Source: Kudoa neothunni
Taxonomy: Eukaryota; Animalia; Cnidaria
Length of the DNA stretch: 64,000 nucleotides
Assembly (NCBI GenBank): GCA_964304625.1
Contig: OZ199839.1
Span: 697,616 to 761,615, forward strand
Direction: 5' to 3'
Shown here piece after piece: positions 28,256-41,696 of the stretch. The notes under the pieces are model-generated. The model was not told the DNA's origin, searched no databases, and worked only from the letters and a program-made list of their open reading frames with translations. Position 1 is the first letter of the stretch. Every line of letters starts with the position of its first letter. Made by a program: the position numbers and the translations under genes.

Positions 28256-29688
28256 TTAGTATCGATTCGAGTTTCACTGCTAACAGTTCTCTAGAATCCA
28301 CCATGACGAATACTAACATACACGACAATTTTTCACAAGTAATCTGATTTTTTTCACCTCATTAACTTGGATAAAAACCAAAGTTTGATATTATTTTTCT
28401 CTATTTATTTTCGATTAATTAACGAACCATTATAATTCAAATCGATTTAAATCAATTTAAATCAACTTAACTTAAATCAATTCATCAAAGGATTTATTCA
28501 TTTATTAATATTCGTATTCATTAAGTCATAATAGACAAACATCGAAATAAACGCGATGATATCATTTACTTAAATATTAATAAGTGATAGTAAAACCTAG
28601 TCGATGAAACAACCTAACTCAATAATTAATGCTAAAATTAATTTTAAATTAAATAGATTTATAGAAAGACACTTGTTAGATTAAGAAAAAAATCAACATT
28701 TTAATGTAAAAATAATTGAACCTGACATCTCTGATAGAAATTAACAATCTAAGCTTATGCTTAATCGTTAAGTATCAAATTGTTTCTTTTCATATTTATT
28801 TTTATTCGGTCTTAAAAATTAATATTAGAATTAATCTCGTCGCATGCATAGGAACTTTGATAAATTGTTACGAATTTGGAGGGTACGAAAACTCGATTCA
28901 ATCTAAATGGTCCCTATTTTTACTGATTATATTCTGACGAGAAGCGAATTAAATAGATCAGAGACTGTTGGCACATTCAATTTTAATCCTAAATAACCTA
29001 ACATGTTCGCAAGCGCAATACGAATTTTTAACCCGGCAACTTTTTCCATAAAATTGCGTGCAGATTGAATTTTTTAGAACCTGTCATATTAAATCATTTC
29101 TGGCCCACGACTGCTTCCCTAAAACGAACAAGTAATTAAATATAGTCAAAAATAGTGACGCCTGAAAATATTTCAAACCGTGTTAACGACCACATCCATT
29201 GAACAGACATAAAAAAGTTACTTCTTCTGAAATATATTTAATATCATAAATTCTTAAAAAAATATGACTCAGTTACATAATTAACACTCCGATTTTATAA
29301 TGAAAAATCTCGAATATGATTATATGGAATAAAATCAACAAATCGGATCATTTTTAATTCCAAGCTGCCAAAAATAACGAAATATAACTGAGCCATTTAC
29401 CTCAAATAAGATTAAACAATTTGATGAGTGTTACCAACATTTACCGCACCCTTAATGATCAATAACTTAATTTTCTAGCAATTTCAAATGAAAGGCTGAG
29501 ACTTGGTCGGCCGCGCGCAATTTATAATATATGCTCAATTATTGAGTATTATTTATCTAATATAGTTATAATGGTGTAATAGGAACATTCGATGGAAGAG
29601 GGTTATTCATTTGGTGATTTTTGACCAACCAGTCTGCTTGCTATTCGTAAAAGCAATTATCACAGTTATTGCAGTGAGGATGATTAAA

Positions 29689-31071
29689 TTAAATACCCGG
29701 ATAGCCGTATGAGCATGCAGAGACTCCATTGGAAGGATACAGGATAATTCTAGGAAATGGAACACACTGACAAGTTGGTGGGAATAGAATAGGTGGTTGT
29801 GTGGTGGATGTCGAATTGGGAGCTACTGGAAAGGTGGGTGAATATATTGGTAATGTTAGAGGGATTGGAACAGCCGGCCCATAACTTGGAATAATCTACA
29901 CATGGTTTCAGTTAATTAGTTGGTTAATTCTTCTATCGTCATTACGTGGGGCGTCGAATATGATTGGTTAATTGATGTATTGTTTGAAGAATTTAATTGT
30001 AGATTATGCATAGAAAATTCTAATCCGGGGCAATCTTCATCTACATTTGAACGTTACCATTAGCAATGAAGATTACCCTATTGATCAACTTGATATAAAT
30101 GTAGAATTAGAAATGGATGTGGTTGGATTGTAGATTTGAGGTGTGCTTTGCAAGAAAGAATGGTCTTCACCGGCGGTACCATCGTCTATTATTACACTTA
30201 ATGGGCCGGTGGGAGGTGGGCAATTATTCCTTGAATTTTTAATTGAGCTAAATTGGCCGTTCTAAAATATCCATTTTCCAATTAAATAATTAACGTATTA
30301 AATTACAGTTCTTCTATAAGCTTTTCTCACACGTATACTATTTCCATTGATAATAATATTGTTGGTTTTCATTAGGCGACTAGCCGACGCGCTATCCCAA
30401 AACGTAACGAAACCATAACTAAAATAATCAACTGTTCAATTGCATAATAATCTATTGTTTAATATTTGAAGCGAAAGCGGACCATTTGGATCGACCTGTT
30501 AATCTATCGGTGACAATTCTAACATCATAAACGGGTCCAAATTGATTGAAATAGATTTCCAAATCGTATTCTGTTGTCTACATGTAGAGAGGGAATTAGT
30601 TAATAAGGCGTGAAAATCATTTGAAAAAAATATTGTGAATCGATTATTGGATTACATTCTCTGAAAGTCCCCCTAAAAATATTCTTTTTGAGGGGTCACT
30701 GGCTTCTTTGGAACTGCCCCATGCGGTTCGATTCGCACAGCTTTGTGTATTGTCATAATCATGCTCTGGCGGAACAATTTACACGTCCGTAAAAACAACC
30801 TAGATTTGTACCTGAATTTGGCAATGCTTGTTCGACACCGTTAGAGTTTTCGTTTTCCAGCTAAATAACAAACACGCAGATAAACAAATAAATAAATATA
30901 TATATATATATCGTATGATGAAATATATGAATGGCAAAGGCAATAAAAAACCTGAGCTATAGATACTGATTCAGTTTCTACTTTGACTATGGTTGTTACT
31001 CCACTAGAGCACAAACTAGCGGGAGGTTGTTGACCGCTGAAACCTCCTTTTACTATTTTGGATGAGACCAT
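29689..31071 (-). CDS. Single-RRM RNA-binding protein, boule/DAZ-like
   Basis: Spliced RRM: PSKRIFLGGLSEN|TTEYDLEIYFNQFGPVYDVRIVTDRLTGRSKC|YGFVTFWD...NSIRVRKAYRR, followed by a Pro/Tyr/Ser-rich low-complexity tail. The two RRM introns fall where I recall them in DAZ-family genes. 3' end approximate. Confidence 0.7.
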
Positions 31072-31364
31072 TTTGAAATTTGACGCCGAAATTGGCAAAT
31101 TAGCAAAATTTTAAAAGACAATCAAATCATTAATTTATTTCGAAGAACAATCAACTTATTAGTTTTAAATAACAATCAATTATTGATTGCGTATTGTGTT
31201 TTCCTCATTTCATAAATAACAACGAATTTGGTTGAATACACAAGAGAAACAATTCAACATAATTAGTCAATGAATTTACAAAACTAAGCACTATACGTTT
31301 CTTCTAATTTGTGCAGGTAACACTATATCGATCAATTGTAAAAATTATGATCATCACAAAGGAT

Positions 31365-33984
31365 CTATGATTTGTCCAAAAAGAAATAGTTTCCAGACGA
31401 TTTTTGTTCACTGTCCTATAATGATAATTGGAAACATAGTTTTTATACAATATGAGATTAGTGGTTACCTTGACACTGCCAAGTTTGTTGATACGAGGGC
31501 GAAAGTTGTTTGGATCTCTTCTGAAAGTGATATTGAGAGATTTTAGAAATGCATTCATTCCGCTCAGCAACGACTGTGGTCTACCGCGCAATAATTATTA
31601 CAATTTTATCGATATACTAAGCAATACGATCTAGCTATTGCTTTGATAGAAGGTTCACCCTCGAAAACAATCACTCTGTCCGCAAGATAGGTTGCCATAA
31701 TGAAATCGTGTTCAACAACAAAGGCCGTTTTCTTTGAATGAATAATAAATCTAGATTTCGTTTATATGAGCTTTTCGTTTAAGAACAAAAACAACGAATA
31801 TTATCCGACTATACCTTTTTATTACTTTGGCTGCTATAACACGTTGTTCTGAATCCAAATAGGCTGATGGTTCATCAATCAAATACACATCAGCTGGCTA
31901 AAACAACATTAGGTTTGTTTGGTTATATATTGGGGAATGTGATCGATTAAAATCTCACCTTTCCAAGACATAGAACGATAGCAACACGTTGAAGTTCTCC
32001 ACCGGACAAATTTTGAACTTCCAAGTCGTACAACTCATTTACATTTAAGGGCTTGATAACATCCGTATTGAATTGAGGGTGGTTGACGATATCGCCAAGT
32101 TTCATCGCTAGCAATCTTCTAACACTCATTTGAGACTTGGGGCTGATTTTTTGAGGTTTATGACTGATATTAAGTCTCGGAATTTTCGCTGGAAAATAAA
32201 ATTATTTATAAGTTGTGATTGTGATGAATACCTCCATTGCTCGGCTCCAAAAGCCCTGCGAGCATGCGAATAAACGTAGTTTTACCAGTACCATTTTCAC
32301 CCAACATAACAATAATCTCGGAGTCATTAAACTCTCCCGGTTCAATATCAAGAGTAAAGTCACCTAATTGAATTCGTTTGTTGTTGGATTCATGTGATCA
32401 AAAAAAAATCTACCTTGAACTCTATTCATTGATTGATAAGCATTGACACTGTGTCGTTCGACAACAGTTTCATCTGCACTATCCGTCAAATTAAAAACAA
32501 GACTAGTGTCTCGAAAGCGCATATTCTCAGTTGGAATAAAACCATCCAAAAACACGTTAATTCCTTCCTTCACTCCAAACGGTAAAGTAACCACTCCATA
32601 TGCACTTGGAGTTCCATAGAAACAACATATGTAATCACTGAGATAATCCAAAACACTCAAATCGTGCTCCACACAAATAACATAGCTAAAAGAGGATTGC
32701 ATTAATTTCTAATTAGATCGTTCATAGTGTAACTATAAACATACCTATCAGACCGCACACAACCTCGAATTGCCATGGCTACTTTAAGACGTTGTTTCAC
32801 ATCCAAATAGCTGCTAGGTTCGTCAAAAATATACCTACATTAAATCCAACCAAATTAATTAATTAATTAATTAATTAATTAAATGATGATTAGCTGATAA
32901 TGAAAACATGAAAAATTAAAAAAAAACTTACACATCAACGTTTTGAATGCATGCCACGGCACAAGCGAGTCTTTGAAGCTCTCCACCAGACAATTGATCA
33001 ATCTGACGGTTTAAGACATTCTTCAGATCTAACAATACTCATTAAATTCGAACCGTATGTAAAAAATACCGAATGTATCAACAATTTCATCGAATTTATT
33101 CTGTGTGTCTTTCCGTTTCAATATTTCGCTGACAATGCCCTTATTAAGTATATTAAAATGATAATACTTTTAAATGTGTTTTGAAAAAAATTACTCTCGT
33201 AGATTTCGGAATCTGATCCACATACTGAGGTTTCATAACTGTCTACAAAAGTAGGTAGTATCAATATATCAATAGAATAGGATAAAATTCGATTACTTTC
33301 AGTTTATTCTCTATCATACTTTTGAAATAGTTTTGCAACTCGGAACCTCTAAAGTATTTCAAGATTTCATTCCATTCGGGAGGTTCCTATTAACGCAAAA
33401 CAACCATAATACAGATACAGATACATGGCAGAATAACATACCCTGAATTTTCCAAGATTCAACTTCATACGCCCAGAAAGTATTTTTAAAGCCGTGGATT
33501 TACCAATACCATTAGTCCCAACCAAACCCAGTACTTCACCTTGCCTTGGCATTGGCAAACGATGTAGTTTGAATGAATTTGGACCGTAACGATGGGTGGT
33601 TTCCTTTTCCAATGATCCAGGCAAATTGATAATAGTAATAGCACCAAGTGGGCATTTCTAGAGCGTTCGTTTAGTAAGGTTGCATTCGATCATTAATCAA
33701 GCACCAAGGCTGCTTACTTTTGCACATATGCCACATCCTATGCACAGAGACTCGGCTATCAGAGCTATTGTGTCGGTTGGTTTCACCTCAATACATAGTT
33801 TCCCTACACATCCATAAATTGATTCATTTTGAAATACAACGGCTACACTAATCAAACTAATACCTTGCCGAACTACTGGGCAACTTTTCTTGCACTCCTG
33901 TCTGCATTGTTTTGGTTTACAACGATCGGGGTTAACAATTGCTATACGTGTTGATTCAGACTCTGTGGCTCTTGACTTTTTCAT
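31365..33984 (-). CDS. ABCE1: ABCE1 / RNase L inhibitor (Rli1) ribosome recycling ATPase, multi-exon
   Basis: [26 protein letters not shown] and [12 protein letters not shown] (Fe-S), [17 protein letters not shown] twice, [38 protein letters not shown] and SGNYFFLD. Confidence 0.98.
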
Positions 33985-34758
33985 CTCGAAACACGTTTAG
34001 CTTAGATTCTAAACCCGTCGTTCGTCTTCGTCGGCCATTCTCGATTACAGTAATACGCTTGATGGCTGTACTTTTGAAGCTTTTTTGATAACATTGATAA
34101 CAAATTTCGATCACTAAAATTTTTAAACATTATTAATTAAAACTTAGGGAACTATTTAACAATTTGATTGACTTTGTGAATTCTGTATTTTGTCTTATTT
34201 ATTCATGTTAAAAACATTGTTTGAGATGCTTTTGTAAGAATTGTTGAAACTTTTGTAAAATCTTTAGTAGTTTTTACAGCTAAATCGAAGGTAAGGAATG
34301 AATTTGTGGTTTAATTGACATTATGCCCTTGAGTCGTTTTATCATTAACATTTAAAATAATTTTTGATCGTATAAATCAAAAAGTGTTTGGTAATGGTCG
34401 GATAGGTGATAGTCAAAAAGCGTCATCTTGGTTGATTCAAATGTCTCAAATTTTTATAAAAATTTTTTTGAAGAATTAAATAAATATAGGTGCGAGAATT
34501 CGACTCAAACCGCGAATGTTTAAAATTTAAAATGATCGCAGTCATGACAAAAATCGGGGAAATCTTTCAGATTTTGTGTCAAATTATGTTTGCAATTTCA
34601 CATATTCCTATCGTATTGGTAACTTCAACTGTTAATAAAATGAAATAATTTGTTTAAAGTAATTTAAAATTAACATATGATTATACTGAAATTAAAATTT
34701 GTTTATATCGATCAGAAAAATTAAAATATTGTAGTTACAATATTTATAGATTATATTA

Positions 34759-36142
34759 CAGTCGAACCTCGATTGTCCCGAATAAATATTTAATCATAAT
34801 TCCAGGTAAATGCACCATATATCGCCTAAGGGCATATTTAATGTAGCACACAGGTGCTCAAACTACGGCACGCGAGCCTGATCCAGATCTCAATGAGCTT
34901 TTTTGTGGGCCGCGATGAACCCTAATACAATTCAAATTAATGGTATACTTTTAAATTAAATGAAAAATGCATTCGATTACTTAACTTCAATTGGTTTTTC
35001 TCGATATTCAATATATCGAGAAAACACCCAATGGTGCTACTAATAAAATTTATTTGAGTTTTTTATTATATGCGAACCATTAAGAATGAAACATCAAAAA
35101 AACTCTCTAAATAGGCAAAAGATTTATTGCTATCAGTCACTTAATCATGTGACATGGAAAAAACGTTTTTTTAGCGACGTTCATATACAAATTTTAATTA
35201 TTTCTTCTTGAGTGTGTATGGAGGAGGATAAGAAAATCATACAGGTACTGGGCGGATTTATGGTTGAACAAATTTGCTTGACAGTGCCGATTCGAAGTTT
35301 AAGTTCAGTTAAAATAAGGTATTTATATTATGCTAAAAAATAAAGGTTTTCGAAAAGTTTCTGTAAGAAAAATAAATAAACTTTGACACAAAGGATAAAC
35401 ATCCGTTAGAGTAGATAATGGGCATACAACCATTTTGCTCATCTAAGATATATCTCATATTTAATTCAGCTTAACTTTATTTTATTTCCAAGCTAAAATG
35501 ACTGAAATTCGAAAAGAAGTAAATGATGAGAATAGGAAAATATTGTTTTATTCAACAGGGACGAATATTATTTGTTTGCTATTTCATTCGTTATTCAATT
35601 TAAAACGTTTATTAAACTTATTATTTATGAATTATTTTAAATATTGCGTTTCGTAGATTAAAATTTGGTCCCAAGCTCCAAAAGTTTGTGCACCACTGAT
35701 GTATCATGTATACCAATGCCATATTAAAAGTAAAAATATTTCTACGTTAATTGTTTATAAATTTTTTTAACTTACGTTATATATTCAGTTCTTATATAAA
35801 TTTGTACTATATCTAAGCATATGACCGATTATTTAAAAAATTATATTATTAATCTTCTGTAGACGTGTTTTACTTCAATAATTATGCGTTGTTTCATCTT
35901 TTAAGTCTCCATATTCTTAGTTAATAGATATGTCAATTTTTTTCATTCAAATTGCAGAAGTTAATTTATTTAACCTAATAAATAATAAAAATTGTTTATA
36001 AAACCAGTAAACAATCGTTTAATTAGAGATTTCATTATAAGCCGCCCGCACGAGACATTGTTTATTTTAGATTGACCGGAACCTCACTGCCCCGAAAAAA
36101 AATCATTGGTCCCAAATTTTCCGGATAATGGATGTTATACTG
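34759..36142. mobile_element. pogo/Tigger-type MITE interrupted by a hAT MITE
   Basis: TA|CAGTCGAACCTCGATTGTCCCGAA ... TTCCGGATAATGGATGTTATACTG|TA: diverged TIR with TA on both sides. Confidence 0.55.
34849..35698 (+). mobile_element. Non-autonomous hAT (Buster/SPIN-type)
   Basis: TIR CACAGGTGCTCAAACT / AGTTTGTGCACCACTG (13/16). 8-bp TSD ATGTAGCA / ATGTATCA. Internal stub MTEIRKEVNDENRK resembles the SPIN/GTF2IRD2 N-terminus. Confidence 0.75.
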
Positions 36143-36194
36143 TACTTTTTTATTTTGGAAAAGTAAATGATCAATTAAAGCAAGGAAACCTCAA

Positions 36195-37148
36195 TCTACT
36201 ATCTATTATCTACTATATATAAAAAGCTGAAATGTCCGTGTGCCACTAAGTATACATGTGCGATTAAAATTTGTTCCTTACAGTTCGATAAATTGATATA
36301 TATTAGTTTTTTAACAGTTGATGATAATTTAAAAATTCTTTTATTTGTCATTACATTGATAGAAGTTCAAAAATAATGTAGGAAATTGTGTTGGGTTTGT
36401 TAAACGGATTACACAGTTTCAATAATAGAATTATATTTGTTTATTCATGGCGACATTTATGTACACTGAACTTTGCAAGTTATTTTGAAAACTTTTAGTG
36501 ATTTAAACTTAAGCTGTATATCCACGATTTCAAGATGCATCTTATATCATATATCTGCACATTTAAAGTAGGTGTGTCCGTTTGGATGTGTGCTTAAATA
36601 CATTCTGAAAGTTCTATAGATGGCTTTTAATATAAGAAAAATATAAAAATTTGCCAGATTAATGGAGAATTGGTAGCGTGTGTTGTAATCAGATAGGTTC
36701 AAGCCTTAAATACTGAAACTAGGTCCTCAAATTTTATTAAAGCGTCCGTTAGACTTAATTTTAAGCAATACGATTTAATGTATAAACTGAAATATACTTT
36801 GTCTGATTATTTAAAATTTTTTGTTATATTAAATGGTTATACAGCAGTTTTGAGAGAAGAATGTATAAAAATGTGTCAGATAAAGATATTAATTCGAACG
36901 ATAAACATTAATCATCGCCAGTTATCATCGAGTTAAACATTTTTTGCTAATTTTATAATCTCTCTAAAATGATCTTAATTTCTTATTGTGCCTGTTACAG
37001 TTGTTGAAAGTACGATATTTAAAAAAAAGGTTTATTTAATTTCTCCTCTGAGCCATTTGAAAGATTCTTATATTTCTTTATTTTTTAAACATGACCGTCT
37101 ATGATGAAATATTCCCAGTCCCATGCGAAGCTAGGCAGTTCGCGCTAG
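36195..37148 (+). mobile_element. Non-autonomous Helitron, both termini present
   Basis: A|TCTACTATCTATTATCTACTATATAT...GTCCGTGTG 5' end. 3' end CCCATGCGAAGCTAGGC...GCGCTAG|T matches the 19680-19709 terminus. Confidence 0.75.
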
Positions 37149-37468
37149 TTTATACAAAAACAGACAAAAAAAAGCGTTGTGGATGATACAAATATTTTCT
37201 AACTACATAATTCTCGGATCGTAAATAAGACATAAAGTTTCATTTTTTGATGCTATTATTGTTTAAGAATTAATTATCATATTATTAATCTAAAATGGAT
37301 TCTAAAAAGCTCAGTATATAAACTTTCCCAAATATACCGTTAAAAATGGTAAAATAATTATTTACGAATTCACGTGGAATTTAGACCTAGACCTTCCAAA
37401 ATAAATAAGGAAACATTTAACTACTTGAAGAATGTGCGCGCAGTACTAACATTTAGCACTCTAAAATA

Positions 37469-37808
37469 ATGGTCAACAACCAGCTCCGACTATTACTGCA
37501 AATTTTTAGGGTGAACAAACAACTTCCCATATCGATAAGAAAAATTGGAAATCAATATGCGTTAAAAGAATTCAAAAAATTTGGTGACATGACTCCAGTT
37601 CATAGAAACAGTTTTCTCGGAGAATGGGAAGTAAAATAGTGGGCTTTATTAGCTCTTAATCTTTCCATAGAAATATGTTACTGCTATGAGTGATTTGGAA
37701 AGTTCGCTCAAACAATTAAACCTCGATATTGATCAACTTGATCCTGAACAGCGTTCCAGAATATTAAAGTTGAAGGAAGAATTTGAAAGTATTCTCAAGA
37801 AAAAATAG
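37469..37808 (+). CDS. SDHAF3: Succinate dehydrogenase assembly factor 3 (ACN9, LYR family), two exons
   Basis: MVNNQLRLLLQIFRVNKQLPISIRKIGNQYALKEFKK..SFLGEWE|KYV...LDPEQRSRILKLKEE fits the SDHAF3 pattern LP..R.LG.QY...EF.....F..EW..Y...L..EQ. Intron 37631-37670. Not in the ORF track. Confidence 0.75.
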
Positions 37809-40015
37809 AATTTGATATATTTTTCATCGTCTTTCGGTGTTTGATTTTTTTAACTCGGAATTTTTGGGGAATCGCCGCAGAAAACTGTTTAACATCTTAA
37901 CAACGATTCAATCACGATTTTCTCATATTCAAGCAAACTAGCACATAGGGATTATTAACAGTAAGTATAACGAACATATAAATTTTTGTCGAAATATTAC
38001 ACTTTTGTTCAACATTTCACTTAAATAGGCATATACAGTCAACAACGGTTATTGCATAGGTGGATACTGCGCACTTCATTTTAGTCACCATGAAATTTAA
38101 CAATATCTTAAAATTTAAAATCGAAGTGTATTGTCATTATTATTATTTGACGATTTTTATTTTAAAGAAGTAGACTGAGATTAAGCGTTGATTTCAACGT
38201 TTGTCTGTTTTTGTATTTAAAAAATTGATTCAGGGTTAATTCATTAAACAACAAAAGTTGAACTAATAGTCAATGCAGACAAATGGAAATTATATATAAT
38301 TATAAATTTTATCCACATGCATAAATTTATCAGTATTTTGGTTTTATTGCAGGTTTGCATGTTGTTCTTTAAAATTGAGTAGATTCGTTGATTTTAAACT
38401 ATATGTGTGGTCATTGTACATGAATTAAAAAATATAATAATAAAAAGTTTCGTACACTTTCATTATTAGATTGTTTTAGGGTTAAATCAACTCTAATATT
38501 TTTCATAATATAGTAGATGATAACAATATAGTATAAATTTCTTCATTATGGCGAAGTTTTAATTGCCGATCAAATTTAAAATTTTTTTAAAAACAATGTT
38601 GAAAGTATTTTTATTATATTTAATGTAAATAATGTAACTACGACAAATGGATAATGATAACAATGTGGATGGCATGTAAATATTTTTTATAAAAAATTGT
38701 AGGCTTAATTACTACATACAAATTGATGAAAAATCAAATATACATGATCTGATAGAATCCTGGAAGAATTCAACCAACGGCAATCAATTATAACAAAATA
38801 ATTAAATTTTACATTCTTTTGGTTTTATGAATCAATTAAGATCAATAATTATTGATTAATAATAAACGAAAATATCTATCTTTAAATTTTGCGAGAACCA
38901 TATATAATGGTTTGGATGGATTAAATCATTTATTAAATCTTACATGAAATATTTAAATGATGTAATAAACAAATAATTATATTAAACATTTATTCAATTT
39001 GATTTATCAAATATGTAATATTTTTTATCATAAACTATATATAAATTTATATTTATTATTATTATTATTATGTGGGAAACAACGGTTTAAAAAATCTGTT
39101 GATAAATATCTTCCATTATTAATTAAATACCTCTTAAATTTAGCAAGAGAAAACCGCTACAAAAATTTCTAACCTAAAACATCAGTATTAATTATTGAAA
39201 ATGATGGTTAATTGTAAAAATTTTGAAAGTTTAATAGTGTAATTAAAATTGTTTCTAAATACCGAAAAAATGCCTATAATTATAAGTGCTAAATATCAAT
39301 AGTGAATAATATATTCGGACAAATTTCGTGTTTTAGATTTAGTTATTGTGTTTTTTTCATCAAAATTAAAAATTAACATTTTTAAACTCGTTTTTTACAA
39401 AATTATTTTATTCCGTTCTTCAACTGTAATAGAATCTAATTGCATCATTGTTAACAAAATGAAAATAACTATAAAGATAAACGATTATATAAGATGAAAT
39501 CACAATATTTAAAAATTGAATTAAACGTAAAATGATAACTTCATTCTTAAGACGCGCGTAGCAATATATGTCATAGCATGGTTCTTACGTATACCATTTG
39601 TTTTTTCTCACCCAACCGAATTTTGGTAAATGTAAATCTGTTCATAATCAAATTCGAAAAATTAGATTTAAAAAAAATTTATCGCAATTAATTCGGAAAG
39701 AACACTATTCTAGACACACAAGATTATCTTTAATTCTCAACTTTTAAAGTTTTAATGAACCTAACAAGGTGGTTGTATCACTACTAATCAGTTAGATCAT
39801 GGAAAACATGTGAAATTATAGAACCTGTTTTATATTCTTATAAGAACAATCCATCTATTTGAAATAAAAATTCTCAATATGATGCAAATCACAATGAAAA
39901 TGACCACTTCACGTACATATATTAAACGCGGATAAACTGAATAATACTATCTCGGAAATACGCTGATACATTACAACTTAAGACCTACATGGATTGAATG
40001 ATTTCTACCCAGTGA

Positions 40016-41058
40016 TGGATAGGATATCTAAAATTGTAAAATATATCCAGAAATGTATTTCTATAACAATTTTGCCCCAAAATAAGTGCTAATTAGTTTG
40101 TTTTAAAGAAAATAATTAGGTTCTATATTGCATATCTCCTTGCCATACCCCCCAAAAGTGCGCAATAACCTTGTTGATTGTAAAAGAAAAAACGTTCATT
40201 TGTCAAGCTTAAAATTTTTAAATAACACAAGTTATGAGAAGCATAAGAGTTAAAGAGCTAATTAGAAGTATCAACATTTTGTTAAAAATAGCCTCAGATG
40301 GTGGTGCATATTGTCGTCATCAAACAATCAGCAATTGCAATCATCAACGGCCAAAACTATTTAAATTCCTGAGAATTAAGTAAACAAATTGTATAACGGT
40401 CCTCAGTTCCGGTAAAAAGTTGTCTTCAAAATCTCAGAACAGGTCTGTTTAACATCATTGACCGACTTCTACCCACGTGAGCAAATCGGGTGGTTTTGTA
40501 TCATTCATCACGTGGTCGATCAAAATAAATCCGATTTAGCCTATATATTGCTGATAATAAATCATGAATACTTGCAAAAATGTATAATATTAAGAAAATA
40601 TCCATCACAACTAGCGTTGTATGTTATTTTTTGGTTCGAGTTTAATGCTAAAAAAAGCACGCGCGCAGCCATGAACGAAAGTGAATTTCTCGCGCATTCT
40701 GCCGTTTGTTTTTTCGATCATTACGTAAATGGGAGACAAAGCATTACCAAATATACAACCACCTTCATTTAATACATTGTTTATTGAAGAAGAATCTATA
40801 CCCAGACGACTTCACAATTTAAAGTGTATCTACACCAGAGTTTTTGAGGTTTTAGTAAATTGTTTCCGTTTCTAAAGCGATGTTAAGTTGTTCTCATTTA
40901 GATGCCAGAACAGTTCAATCTAACAACGTTTGCTGGAGCAAAAATATCTGAAATTGTATGTTCCACTTAAAATTTGAAGTGTTGTTATTGATCATTGTTA
41001 ACATTAGGATCAAACCAACACAGAATCACCCTTCAAGCAGTATCGTAGCGTTCATTAA
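40016..41058 (+). other. Possible spliced orphan gene, model unresolved
   Basis: A run of short GC-richer blocks bounded by AG/GT (e.g. MPEQFNLTTFAGAKISEI|DQTNTESPFKQYRSVH*). I could not join all blocks in one frame. Confidence 0.25.
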
Positions 41059-41696
41059 ATGAATGAGGTTTTAAGTGGATCTTATGCATATTTACTTTTT
41101 GTAAATTCGCATCTATAATTCATACATCGATAACTTCGGTGCAAAATTTATTCGAGTGGCTGAAACAACTATTGTTATTATTTGTTTGTCAATAAATTTA
41201 TATTTTGAGATTGTGTGATCGTATATTATTACATTTGTGTGTGATGGATTTGTTGTTATTTTTGGAGTCCTTTTAATTAACCCCAATTTATGAAATTATG
41301 CGATTTAAGTTTGAAAATACCGCACTTATTCATTATATCAATGGGTTCAGTTATATTGTTTTAATAACAACTGAATAATGTTTGGTTTCATTTGATTCAT
41401 TGAAAAGTTGAATTAATTGCTATAGACTTTATTATAAAACGAATAAGTAGTAAAAATGGATTTTAATTTTTCTTTCCAAAGACTAAGCTTCTAAAATAAT
41501 CAGTATTTATTTTGTCGTTGTATTAGAATAGTTGAACCTCGTTAATTTTTTTATATTAACTCTTTATTAACCAATATTTACATCAAAAATTTTTAGTCTT
41601 TTAGTTCATATCGTGGAATAACAATTAACAAAATTGCTCTCAAATAAAACCCGAAACGTTCCGAATGTTTAAAAAACTCGTGTTTTGACCTGGTCG

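Noticed and set aside
34990-35032. 12-bp stem hairpin TTTTCTCGATAT/ATATCGAGAAAA
   Set aside because: Lies inside a hAT MITE, with no evidence of a separate function.
41037-41072. U4 snRNA-like words GCAGTATCGTAGC and AATGAGGTTT
   Set aside because: Spacing is wrong, the U4 5' end and downstream stems and Sm site are absent, and it overlaps a probable exon.
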